NCBI RefSeq assembly: GCF_000341395.1
Contig: NC_020304.1
Coordinates: 3,210,001-3,242,000 of the forward strand
Source: Desulfocapsa sulfexigens DSM 10523
GTDB taxonomy: Bacteria; Desulfobacterota; Desulfobulbia; Desulfobulbales; Desulfocapsaceae
DNA: 32,000 bases
Direction: 5' to 3'
The notes under the pieces are model-generated. The model was not told the DNA's origin. It saw only the letters and a program-made list of their open reading frames with translations, and did not search any database. Positions 9,290 through 17,705 of the stretch are shown here, piece after piece. Every line of letters begins with the position of its first letter. Within the stretch, counting starts at the first letter, position 1. The position numbers and the translations under genes were made by a program.

Positions 9290-10120
9290 TATGGGCTCAC
9301 ATGCGTAATTGATCAAAATCCAGTCATACCCTACAGCACAACCATTACGGCCATTATCCCGAGCACTGTAAAGGCCAGTTTCTGCTCTGGCGGTAAGGGT
9401 TTCAATATTGTCATCGGAAACCATCTGTGCAATTCCAATGCTTATGCTGATTTTTATTGTATCTTCACCCTTCTTGAGTGCCAGGCTACGTGTCATCTCA
9501 AGAATTTTTGCAGCAATACGGCAGCTGTCTTTTGTTGAGCATTCTTTCAACACTACTAGAAATTGATCCCCTTCCCACCGACAGGTAATATCGGATGCAC
9601 GAAGCACACTCTGAATGGATTTACTTAACATGGAGAGCAGAGCATCCCCGGCCTTATGCCCATAACGTTCATTGATCCCCCTGAAGTGATCGATGTCAAC
9701 GATAAGGACAGAGAGTGGTTCAAGTGTGCGCTTGGCGTCCAGCAAGGCATGTTCAAAAATTTCACCGAAGGCATGCCGGGTGACTAATCCTGTCAACGAA
9801 TCAGTATGTTGGATGTCCTGAGTTCTCTGTTTGCGAAATTTTATAAAAAGAAAATTAGCAATACCCAGTGCAATAACAAGAAAGATACTATCCGTCAGGG
9901 CGATTCTGTGTAATGTTTTCCAGGATGCGTGAGTATCAGTGCAGCTGACCAATGAGTAGATGTCAATTGCGGCAAGAACGATCCCAAGGAACAGAGCGCA
10001 ACCAAGGAGAACACGTATGAGTACATCTGTTCGAATATCAGTCCGAACATCAATTCGAGCTGTTTTCATAAAATCTACAGGTGACGAAGAGTCAGGAATA
10101 TGGTAACACCAACTACTCAA
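9275..10120 (-). CDS. Membrane GGDEF-domain protein with degenerate active-site motif (start could be 10069)
   Basis: Two predicted hydrophobic segments, then LTGLVTRHAFGEIF...VLIVDIDHFRGINERYGHKAGDALL...RASDITCRWEGDQFLVVLKE...ISISIGIA. EGDQF sits where GGDEF is expected. Confidence 0.9.
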   Translation of the reverse strand: MSSWCYHIPDSSSPVDFMKTARIDVRTDIRTDVLIRVLLGCALFLGIVLAAIDIYSLVSCTDTHASWKTLHRIALTDSIFLVIALGIANFLFIKFRKQRTQDIQHTDSLTGLVTRHAFGEIFEHALLDAKRTLEPLSVLIVDIDHFRGINERYGHKAGDALLSMLSKSIQSVLRASDITCRWEGDQFLVVLKECSTKDSCRIAAKILEMTRSLALKKGEDTIKISISIGIAQMVSDDNIETLTARAETGLYSARDNGRNGCAVGYDWILINYACEPILLPA

Positions 10121-10259
10121 ATGGTGGCTGGCTACGGTTATCTATTTGTTTTTTGTCATTTCCTGGAACAAATTCCAGCAATGTGAGCATTTTAGAATAT
10201 TCTTTCATAACAGATTACAGTCAATTCAGGTATTATTTTTTCCAGAAGGAGTAAAAAAG

Positions 10260-11345
10260 ATGGTTGATCGCGTGTATAATTTCAGTCCTGGTCCCGGAAC
10301 GCTTCCCGTTGAAGTACTTCAGCAGGCCTCAAAGGATGTCCTTAATTTTAAAGAAACCGGTATCGGCCTCATCGAAATGAGTCACCGTTCCAAAGAGTTT
10401 ATGGCAGTTGCTGACACTACCGAAAGCATGCTCCGTGAGCTTATGGAAATTCCGGACAACTATAAGGTTCTTTTTCTTCAGGGGGGAGCTTCAAGCCAGT
10501 TTTTCATGATCCCCATGAACCTTCTTGGCGATGGTAAGAAAGCGACCTATCTGAATACCGGAACGTGGTCCAAAAAAGCTATAAAAGAGGCCAGGTTGTT
10601 TGGTGATATTGAAGTAGCCTTTTCAAGTGAAGAGCAGACCTTCAACAGAGTGCCAACACAAGATGAGTACAGTGTCGACAGCGCATCTGAGTATCTCTAT
10701 TTTGTTTCAAACAATACCATCTACGGAACCCAGTTTTCTTCATTTCCCGAGACGGATAAAGTGTTGATATCAGATATGTCTTCAGATATTTTATCCCGAA
10801 AGATAGACGTCTCTAAATTTGGGCTTATTTTTGCTGGTGCGCAAAAGAATATGGGACCTGCTGGTGTTACAATTGTTATTATCAGGGAGGATCTCCTTGA
10901 TAAGACTCCCAAAAACACTCCCACCATGCTCACATACAAAACCCATGCTGACAAAGGGTCTATGTTTAACACACCACCCTGCTTTCCTATTTATGTTGTT
11001 GGTGAAGTGTTGAAATGGTTGAAAAAGAAAGGTGGCATAGAGGCCATTGAGCAAATCAATATCGAAAAAGCCGGTCTCCTCTACGATTGCATTGATGGTA
11101 CAGAATATTACAGAGGCCATGCTGAGAAAGCCTCACGTTCTTTGATGAACATCTCCTTTAACCTGCCAAATGCTGATCTTGAGGCCAAATTTATAGCTGA
11201 AGCCACAGAGGTTGGATTGAATGGACTTAAGGGACATCGTTCCATCGGTGGTTGTCGTGCCTCCATTTACAATGCATTTCCCAGGGAAGGTGTAGTAAAG
11301 CTAGTTGAATTTATGAAAAAATTTGAAGCTGACAACCCTGCCTGA
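10260..11345 (+). CDS. serC: Phosphoserine aminotransferase
   Basis: MVDRVYNFSPGPGTLPVEVLQQA, EMSHRSKEF, FLQGGASSQFFMIPMNL, GAQKNMGPAGVTIVII, GLKGHRSIGGCRASIYNAFP. ATG at 10260 is preceded by AGAAGGAG; the ORF-track start (10146) is upstream of this. Confidence 0.96.
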   Translation: MVDRVYNFSPGPGTLPVEVLQQASKDVLNFKETGIGLIEMSHRSKEFMAVADTTESMLRELMEIPDNYKVLFLQGGASSQFFMIPMNLLGDGKKATYLNTGTWSKKAIKEARLFGDIEVAFSSEEQTFNRVPTQDEYSVDSASEYLYFVSNNTIYGTQFSSFPETDKVLISDMSSDILSRKIDVSKFGLIFAGAQKNMGPAGVTIVIIREDLLDKTPKNTPTMLTYKTHADKGSMFNTPPCFPIYVVGEVLKWLKKKGGIEAIEQINIEKAGLLYDCIDGTEYYRGHAEKASRSLMNISFNLPNADLEAKFIAEATEVGLNGLKGHRSIGGCRASIYNAFPREGVVKLVEFMKKFEADNPA

Positions 11346-11359
11346 CATCTCACTCTCAA

Positions 11360-12229
11360 ATGAATTACGATGGAGACATTATTCGTCCGCCCAGTGAGGC
11401 CAATTCTATCATCCTCCAGGTGACCGTAGGCTGTTCTCACAACCGCTGCACATTCTGTGGTGCCTACAAAGAGAAGAAGTTTCGCATTCGCAGTCAAGAG
11501 GAAGTTCTTGATAACATTGCTTTTGCTGCCCGCTATTGTGGAAAGCAAAAGCGTGTTTTTCTCGCAGATGGTGACGTGCTTATCCTGTCTCAGAAGAGGT
11601 TGGTGGCACTTTTTGAACTTATCAGGGAAAACCTTCCCCAGGTGAACCGCATCGCCCTTTATGGAAACGCAAAGGCCATTCGGGCAAAGACGGTCGACGA
11701 ACTCAAAGAGCTGAAGAGACTTGGTTTGCATCGAATTTATATGGGACTTGAAAGTGGTGCCAATGAAGTACTTGCTGCAGTAAAAAAAGATGAGACTGAC
11801 AAGTCCATGGCTCTTGCTGCCTGTCGTGCGAAAAAGGCTGGTGTTTTTCTTTCAGTTACTGTCCTCCTGGGCCTAGGTGGGGTGCAAAACAGTCTGCACC
11901 ATGCCAGGGAAACAGCAAGGGTCCTCAGTCTTATGGAACCTAAACAAATTGCGGCACTCTGTTTGATGCCGCTGAGCAATACAGATCTTGGAAGACAGTA
12001 CCAGGAAGGTACGTTCGAATTGCCGGACTCAACCGGAATACTTCTTGAACTACAGGAATTACTACTGAATATAACATGTTATCCCGTGCAGTTTATGGCT
12101 AATCATGCATCTAACTACCTCCCTCTTTCCGGCCGTCTTCCTCGTGATCGTGAGGCCATGCTGAATAGTGTTAAAATGGCCCTGCTTGGGAATCAGCCAC
12201 TTGTTCCTGAAAGATTTCGGGCCTTATAA
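11360..12229 (+). CDS. Radical SAM protein, unknown substrate
   Basis: VGCSHNRCTFCGAYKEKKFR (CxxxCxxC cluster motif), ADGDVLIL, RIYMGLESGANEVL. Confidence 0.85.
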   Translation: MNYDGDIIRPPSEANSIILQVTVGCSHNRCTFCGAYKEKKFRIRSQEEVLDNIAFAARYCGKQKRVFLADGDVLILSQKRLVALFELIRENLPQVNRIALYGNAKAIRAKTVDELKELKRLGLHRIYMGLESGANEVLAAVKKDETDKSMALAACRAKKAGVFLSVTVLLGLGGVQNSLHHARETARVLSLMEPKQIAALCLMPLSNTDLGRQYQEGTFELPDSTGILLELQELLLNITCYPVQFMANHASNYLPLSGRLPRDREAMLNSVKMALLGNQPLVPERFRAL

Positions 12230-12233
12230 AAGA

Positions 12234-13307
12234 ATGAATCCTAAAACTGATTTAAGAAATCTGACCCAGGACGAACTTGTCTGTTACGTGGAATCTTTGG
12301 GCCAGCCTGCCTTTCGTGCCAGGCAAATCATGTCCTGGCTGTATCGTCCTGGCATCACAGACTTTTCCCAGATGACCGATCTTGCAAAAGACTTCCGCCG
12401 GTTGCTCGCAGAAAACGCAAGAATATCTCAATTTCAAGATCCTCTTATTCAACAATCTCAGGACGGTTGTGTGAAGTTCGGATTCACACTTGATGATGGG
12501 AAGCTTATAGAATCAGTCCTTATTCCGGAACCCGACCGCAACACTCTTTGTGTTTCCTCGCAGGTTGGTTGCGCCATGAATTGCTCTTTCTGTCTTACCG
12601 CAACAATGGGATTTACTCGCAACCTTACGCCCTCTGAAATTGTTAATCAGGTGTGTGCTGCCGGTGATTTCCTGAGGAACGCCCCGAAGTCAAAACGTAT
12701 AGGACCAGATCGGGTTACAAATCTCGTGTTCATGGGAATGGGAGAGCCACTAAATAATCTGGACAATCTTATCAAGGCCATATCTATTCTTACAGAACAG
12801 CGTGGCCTTGATATGACCAACAGGCGCATTACTGTTTCGACTTGTGGAATCGTAAGTAAGATGCTCGAACTCGGTGAGAAAACAGATGTAAATCTCGCCA
12901 TATCTCTCCATGCTGTCGATGATACGACCAGGAATAGCCTCATGCCGGTCAACAATCGCTACTCTCTGGAGGAGTTACTACAGGCCTGTCGCGACTATCC
13001 AATGGCTAAACGGAAACGGATAATGTTTGAATATATTCTGTTGCATGGGATTAACGACTCCGATGAAAATGCCTACGAACTAGCTAGGATTCTCCGTGAC
13101 ATCCCCTGTAAAATCAATTTGCTTCCATATAATGAATCTCCTGGCCTTCCCTACAAAAGCCCATCCAGAAATAGGGTGTTTGCCTTCCAGAAAATTGTAA
13201 GGGACAAGGGCTATTCAGTTTTTATTCGCACAAGCCGCGGTGAAGATATTTCTGCTGCATGTGGTCAACTTGCCAAACAAAAAGAGAACGAGGTACAGGA
13301 TGCCTGA
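12234..13307 (+). CDS. rlmN: 23S rRNA (adenine(2503)-C(2))-methyltransferase RlmN
   Basis: GQPAFRARQIMSWLY, CVSSQVGCAMNCSFCLTATMGFTRNL, VFMGMGEPLNNLDNL, VNLAISLHA, CGQLA near the C-terminus. The ORF-track start (12168) overlaps the preceding gene; ATG at 12234 preferred. Confidence 0.95.
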   Translation: MNPKTDLRNLTQDELVCYVESLGQPAFRARQIMSWLYRPGITDFSQMTDLAKDFRRLLAENARISQFQDPLIQQSQDGCVKFGFTLDDGKLIESVLIPEPDRNTLCVSSQVGCAMNCSFCLTATMGFTRNLTPSEIVNQVCAAGDFLRNAPKSKRIGPDRVTNLVFMGMGEPLNNLDNLIKAISILTEQRGLDMTNRRITVSTCGIVSKMLELGEKTDVNLAISLHAVDDTTRNSLMPVNNRYSLEELLQACRDYPMAKRKRIMFEYILLHGINDSDENAYELARILRDIPCKINLLPYNESPGLPYKSPSRNRVFAFQKIVRDKGYSVFIRTSRGEDISAACGQLAKQKENEVQDA

Positions 13308-14061
13308 ACTTGAAACATGTACTGGATATCAATATCTGCGTGATACTTTCTATAATCGTGAAACGATAAAACAGTTCAAACGCCCAGCTATTGCTGAGGT
13401 CAACACCTTTAAGAAATATCCTGACTCAAAAAGAATCGAATTACCCAGGAACTGGAACCTCAAGGAAGCCCGTATCACTCCCTTGCTCCAAAGCAGACGT
13501 TCCCTTCGTAAGTATTCAACAGAACCTGTAACCTTTGAGGAGCTGGCGTTCATGCTTTGGGCCAGCCAGGGTATCACTGCCAAATCAGGAAGCTATACGT
13601 TTCGGACAGCACCTTCAGGAGGTGCGCTCTATCCCATTGAAACCTATTTGAGCATTAAAAATGTAACAGATCTTGAACCCGGCTTATACCATTTTGATGT
13701 GGAAAATTTTGCACTGAATATTCTGAGTGAAACGGAGTGTGCCGAAGCAGTGGCAACGGCCTGTTTAAATCAGAAATTTATGGCACAATCAGCGGTGACC
13801 TTTCTCTGGACTGCTGTTTTTAGAAGGTGTATGAGTAAATATGGAAATCGTGGCGTACGCTATCTGCTACTTGATGCAGGGCACGTCTGTCAAAATCTAC
13901 TCCTGGCGGCCGAAGCAACCGAGAATGGCGGTTGTCCCGTTGCTGCTTTTTACGACGATGAGGTGAATGAGTTACTGGGTGTCAATCCTGCCGAGGAGTC
14001 CATTCTTTATGCTGCCGCAATTGGAAAAAGGATTCCAGTTAAAGGACAATGCAGTCTGTAG
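13300..14061 (+). CDS. SagB/ThcOx-family nitroreductase-like dehydrogenase
   Basis: LLQSRRSLRKYSTEPVTFEELAFMLWASQGITAKSG...FRTAPSGGALYPIETYLSIKNV..LEPGLYHFD...RYLLLDAGHVCQNLLLAAEATENGGCPVAAFYDDEVNELLGV. Confidence 0.88.
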   Translation: MPELETCTGYQYLRDTFYNRETIKQFKRPAIAEVNTFKKYPDSKRIELPRNWNLKEARITPLLQSRRSLRKYSTEPVTFEELAFMLWASQGITAKSGSYTFRTAPSGGALYPIETYLSIKNVTDLEPGLYHFDVENFALNILSETECAEAVATACLNQKFMAQSAVTFLWTAVFRRCMSKYGNRGVRYLLLDAGHVCQNLLLAAEATENGGCPVAAFYDDEVNELLGVNPAEESILYAAAIGKRIPVKGQCSL

Positions 14062-14117
14062 GCGAGTGTCAGGTGAAAAAGAGGACTATTGTCCAGGTGG
14101 TCCATGATAAATGCTGG

Positions 14118-14426
14118 CTATTCCTCGTTTAGCTGATTACCAACTCGTTCTTTAGGGTCCCTGTAGTAGTTAATTTTTCTCTTCTCAGGATCCCGAGGAG
14201 TATTGAAAAAGCTATTGATAGAAGCTGGAATTTCCGTGGGTGACTTTCCGGTAAGTAAAAAGTACCCCACAGAAATAATAGCGACCAGAAAGAGAAAGAT
14301 AAATCCTCTCTTCAGTTGAGCCTGCATGGTAGCACTTCTGAATACTAAAAATGCCACCACGCAAAGAAAAACTCCTGGAATCGCCCAGGCATAAAATTCG
14401 TGCGTGACATTAATGATATTTTCCAT
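14118..14426 (-). CDS. Small membrane protein of unknown function, two predicted TM segments
   Basis: 102-aa ORF 15 nt downstream of the 2-oxoacid oxidoreductase gamma gene; hydrophobic segments AWAIPGVFLCVVAFLVF and GFIFLFLVAIISVGYFLL. Confidence 0.6.
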   Translation of the reverse strand: MENIINVTHEFYAWAIPGVFLCVVAFLVFRSATMQAQLKRGFIFLFLVAIISVGYFLLTGKSPTEIPASINSFFNTPRDPEKRKINYYRDPKERVGNQLNEE

Positions 14427-14441
14427 TTTATTGTTTTGGCG

Positions 14442-15035
14442 TTAAAGTTCGTCTTCCCATTCTGAGAGTACAGATTTTGGTAAAAGATTGAGGTCGATTT
14501 TTTTTGCCTCCTCAATACCGGCATGAAGAGCATCTGAATTCATTTTTTCAGTACCCTTGGGAACACGTGAAAGTAGAGCCTTTTCCAGGCCATCAAGAGA
14601 AACCTGACCGCTGAGATAACCAACGGCTCCAAGTGCCACCATATTTGCAACCAACTCTCTGCCAATCTGTTCCCTGGCAATCTGGGTAAATGGAATTGAG
14701 ACCGAACGACTGGTGGGCAGTTGTTTGACAAGGCCGGAATCGACCACCAGTAATCCATCAGCCTTAATATCCGAGAAATAGGCATCACAAGCCGTCTGGG
14801 TCATGGCCAGGAGCAGGTCAACCCGCAGTGCCTTTGGATAATCAATAGGTGATCCTGAGATAACAACTTCAGCTTTACTTTTACCGCCACGGGCCTCAGG
14901 GCCATAGCTTTGAGTTTGACAGACATGCTTGTTGTCAAAGGCCCCTACTCCATCGGCCATCACCACGGCTGCAGTTATTATCCCCTGACCTCCGGATCCG
15001 CTAAATCTGATTTCGTATCGTTCATCATTCTTCAT
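14442..15035 (-). CDS. 2-oxoacid:ferredoxin oxidoreductase gamma subunit (start 15035 or 15050)
   Basis: MKNDERYEIRFSGSGGQGIITAAVVMADGVG...QTQSYGPEARGGKSKAEVVISG...FTQIAREQIG..LVANMVALGAVGYLSG. The ORF-track start (15158) lies deep in the beta gene. Confidence 0.9.
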   Translation of the reverse strand: MKNDERYEIRFSGSGGQGIITAAVVMADGVGAFDNKHVCQTQSYGPEARGGKSKAEVVISGSPIDYPKALRVDLLLAMTQTACDAYFSDIKADGLLVVDSGLVKQLPTSRSVSIPFTQIAREQIGRELVANMVALGAVGYLSGQVSLDGLEKALLSRVPKGTEKMNSDALHAGIEEAKKIDLNLLPKSVLSEWEDEL

Positions 15036-15909
15036 AACGTTTGATCCCATTTTTCTCTTTCGCTTTAGTGATATTGTCTGCCTTTTCCTTGGCTTCAGCG
15101 GCAATGCGTCGATATTCATCCGTTGAGATTGGCTTTTCGACGTCGGTGAGAACTCCAATGGTAATCTTTCCTTCCAGTTCCTCTGGATTCATTTTCTCAG
15201 CTTTTCCAATGGTTACCGCACGTTCCTTGAAGCCATTAATCATCTCCACAGCACCGCCAAGTTTATTTCTGCGCCCATGCTGCACATGGCAATTAGAAAT
15301 AATCTCCATCACTGAAAAACCACGTTTTTCTATGGCTTTTTTTATCATCTGCTCAAGATGGCTAGCGTGATAAACCGTACTTCTTGCGACAAAAGATGCT
15401 CCGGCAGCAACAGCAAGCTCTGCTATATTAAACGCATGCTCCACGTGCCCATAAACAGACGTTGTCGACTTGGCACCATAAGGGGTGGCCGGGGAGTACT
15501 GCCCACCAGTCATGCCGTAGGTCGCGTTATTGATAATAATAGCAGTGAGGTCGATATTTCGTCGCGCGGCATGGATAAAATGATTGCCACCGATAGCGGT
15601 TGCGTCACCATCTCCCATTACGGTGAGCACACTGAGTTCTGGCTTGGCAAGTTTTATTCCAGTGGCAAATGTAAGGGCACGGCCATGGGTGGTATGGATG
15701 GTATTAAAATCCACATAGGTTGGCAATCTGCCAGAACATCCTATTCCAGATGCCAGCACCACCTCATCTTTACTCAGGCCAATACTGTGAATAGCACGTA
15801 ACAAGGCACCCATAACAATTCCATTACCACACCCGGGACACCAGACATGAGGGAATTTTTTGTCGTGTCGCAAATATTCTTTACGTATGATTTCAGCACG
15901 TTCAAGCAT
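15025..15909 (-). CDS. korB: 2-oxoacid:ferredoxin oxidoreductase beta subunit (probably 2-oxoglutarate)
   Basis: HVWCPGCGNGIVMGALLRAI, ASGIGCSGRLPTYVDFNTIHTTHGRAL, TPD-binding VMGDGDATAIGGNHFIHAARRNIDLTAIIINNATYGMTGGQYSPATP. Confidence 0.92.
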   Translation of the reverse strand: MLERAEIIRKEYLRHDKKFPHVWCPGCGNGIVMGALLRAIHSIGLSKDEVVLASGIGCSGRLPTYVDFNTIHTTHGRALTFATGIKLAKPELSVLTVMGDGDATAIGGNHFIHAARRNIDLTAIIINNATYGMTGGQYSPATPYGAKSTTSVYGHVEHAFNIAELAVAAGASFVARSTVYHASHLEQMIKKAIEKRGFSVMEIISNCHVQHGRRNKLGGAVEMINGFKERAVTIGKAEKMNPEELEGKITIGVLTDVEKPISTDEYRRIAAEAKEKADNITKAKEKNGIKRYEE

Positions 15910-15945
15910 TGTATTTATTCTCCTTAATCTTGTTTAGATGCAAGA

Positions 15946-17088
15946 TCATACCGTTGTCAAATGTTTAAGAATCTCTTCAGGGGTTATCAGCTGACCGTCA
16001 ATGCGATTATGTTTCACAATGCGACATCCGGCCTGATTAACCCTTCCTACTTCTCTGCTCATCTGCCCCATATTCATTTCAGGAACAATTGCAACACGGC
16101 ATTGGCGAAGATACGTATCAACAGCTTTTCGTGGAAACGGGAAAAGCGTAATCAGCTGTACAAGCCCTGCCTTAACCCCAAGCTTTCGTGCGTCACGAAC
16201 AGCACGGAGAGCTGACCTGGCAACAGAACCGTATGCGATAACAAAAACTTCAGCATCTTCCATATGGTGGTTTTTGGTGATTTGTATATCCTGGAACCCC
16301 TTGCTGATCTTTTTATGAATTCTGGTTAAAAACTGTTTGATTTCCTGAGGATTCTGGGTCGGAAATCCTTTTTCATCATGAACAAGACCTGTCACGTGAT
16401 GTCTGTAGCCATCACCTAAAGATGACATATCAGGCACACTACGGTTGTTATCGGCGTAAGGCTTATACCACTCGGGCGGGACATCGGGTTTAACTCTGTC
16501 GAAAACGCGAATCTGATCAGGCTCGGGAAGTATCACTGATTCACGAGTATGGGCCACAACCTCATCTGAAAGAATGATCACCGGGGTGCGATATTTTTCA
16601 GAAAGATTAAAGGCCCTTACGGTTACCGAAAAACAATCAGCAACTGAAGAGACGGCAAGAACAATAATGGGGTGGTCACCGTGGGTGCCCCATCTCGCCA
16701 TCTGGACATCGCCCTGGGCCGGGCTGGTTGGAAGACCTGTACTGGGCCCGCCACGCATTACATTTACTATAACACAGGGAACTTCGGTGATACAGCCATA
16801 GCCAAGATTCTCCTGAATAAGAGAAAATCCAGGGCCACTTGTGGCCGTCATAGCCTTCACTCCGGCAAGAGAGGCACCAAGGACAGCACCCATGGAGGCA
16901 ATTTCATCTTCCATTTGCACAAAAGTACCACCAAATTCCGGTAATTTGACCGAAAGGATCTCACTTATCTCTGATGCTGGTGTAATAGGGTACCCAGCAA
17001 AGAAACGACAACCAGCAGCCAGAGCCCCGGCAACAATTGCTTCATTTCCCTGAAGGAGAACTTTTTTCTGAGTATTATTTAATTCCAT
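15946..17088 (-). CDS. korA: 2-oxoacid:ferredoxin oxidoreductase alpha subunit (probably 2-oxoglutarate)
   Basis: LLQGNEAIVAGALAAGCRFFAGYPITPASEI, MEDEIASMGAVLGASLAGVKAMTATSGPGFSLIQENLGYG, RGGPSTGLPT, VPEMNMGQMSREV. Confidence 0.93.
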   Translation of the reverse strand: MELNNTQKKVLLQGNEAIVAGALAAGCRFFAGYPITPASEISEILSVKLPEFGGTFVQMEDEIASMGAVLGASLAGVKAMTATSGPGFSLIQENLGYGCITEVPCVIVNVMRGGPSTGLPTSPAQGDVQMARWGTHGDHPIIVLAVSSVADCFSVTVRAFNLSEKYRTPVIILSDEVVAHTRESVILPEPDQIRVFDRVKPDVPPEWYKPYADNNRSVPDMSSLGDGYRHHVTGLVHDEKGFPTQNPQEIKQFLTRIHKKISKGFQDIQITKNHHMEDAEVFVIAYGSVARSALRAVRDARKLGVKAGLVQLITLFPFPRKAVDTYLRQCRVAIVPEMNMGQMSREVGRVNQAGCRIVKHNRIDGQLITPEEILKHLTTV

Positions 17089-17392
17089 TGCTGCGCCTCC
17101 TTTCAGGGTGTCTTCCCGTCACAGTGATAGCAAAATCAGGGCAGTGAATTTCGCAGAATCTGCACCCTATGCAACTGTCCATTGCATCAATGTATGGGAG
17201 CCCAAGCTCATCCGTCTTAATGATCTGTTTTGCGCAAAGAGCGCTGCAGAGTCCACAGGATTTGCACCAGTTGTGAAAAAAGAGCACATTGTATAACTTT
17301 TTTTCCTTTACTTTGGCGGCGGCAGGAGATTTTACCTCTTTTTTACCTCTTGGTTTGGAATCTTTAACCATTTTTTGTAACCAGTTTTTCAC
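17075..17392 (-). CDS. korD: 2 x [4Fe-4S] ferredoxin-like subunit of the 2-oxoacid oxidoreductase
   Basis: CKSCGLCSALC and CIGCRFCEIHCPDFAI; overlaps the start of the alpha gene by 14 nt. Confidence 0.87.
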   Translation of the reverse strand: MKNWLQKMVKDSKPRGKKEVKSPAAAKVKEKKLYNVLFFHNWCKSCGLCSALCAKQIIKTDELGLPYIDAMDSCIGCRFCEIHCPDFAITVTGRHPERRRSNGIK

Positions 17393-17705
17393 CTTTTGAA
17401 TTGTTAAAAACTACGAGATCAGTATGAAAATCCGCAGTAACACGTATGTTTTTGTTATATAACCGTTAAATGAACTGTCAAGTATATTGTGTTATTTCCT
17501 GAGAATAGCTCATTGTATTGCCAGTTCGTGCAGGTGTTAGGCTCAAATTGTCATTTGTTCCAATCCACCAGTATTACTTGCCTTTACTATAAATGTATGC
17601 TAACTATCCAATCCTGAGTTACCAATGAGGCCTGTGACTATACGGCCTCCCCCCCCTGTGAGACATTCTGCTGTAATTTTGAATTAATCTTGAAAGGAGT
17701 TGCTT

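Noticed and set aside
10721-11731. Minus-strand ORFs 10721-10972, 10791-11120 and 11267-11731
   Set aside because: They are antisense to serC and the radical SAM gene, both well supported by motifs.
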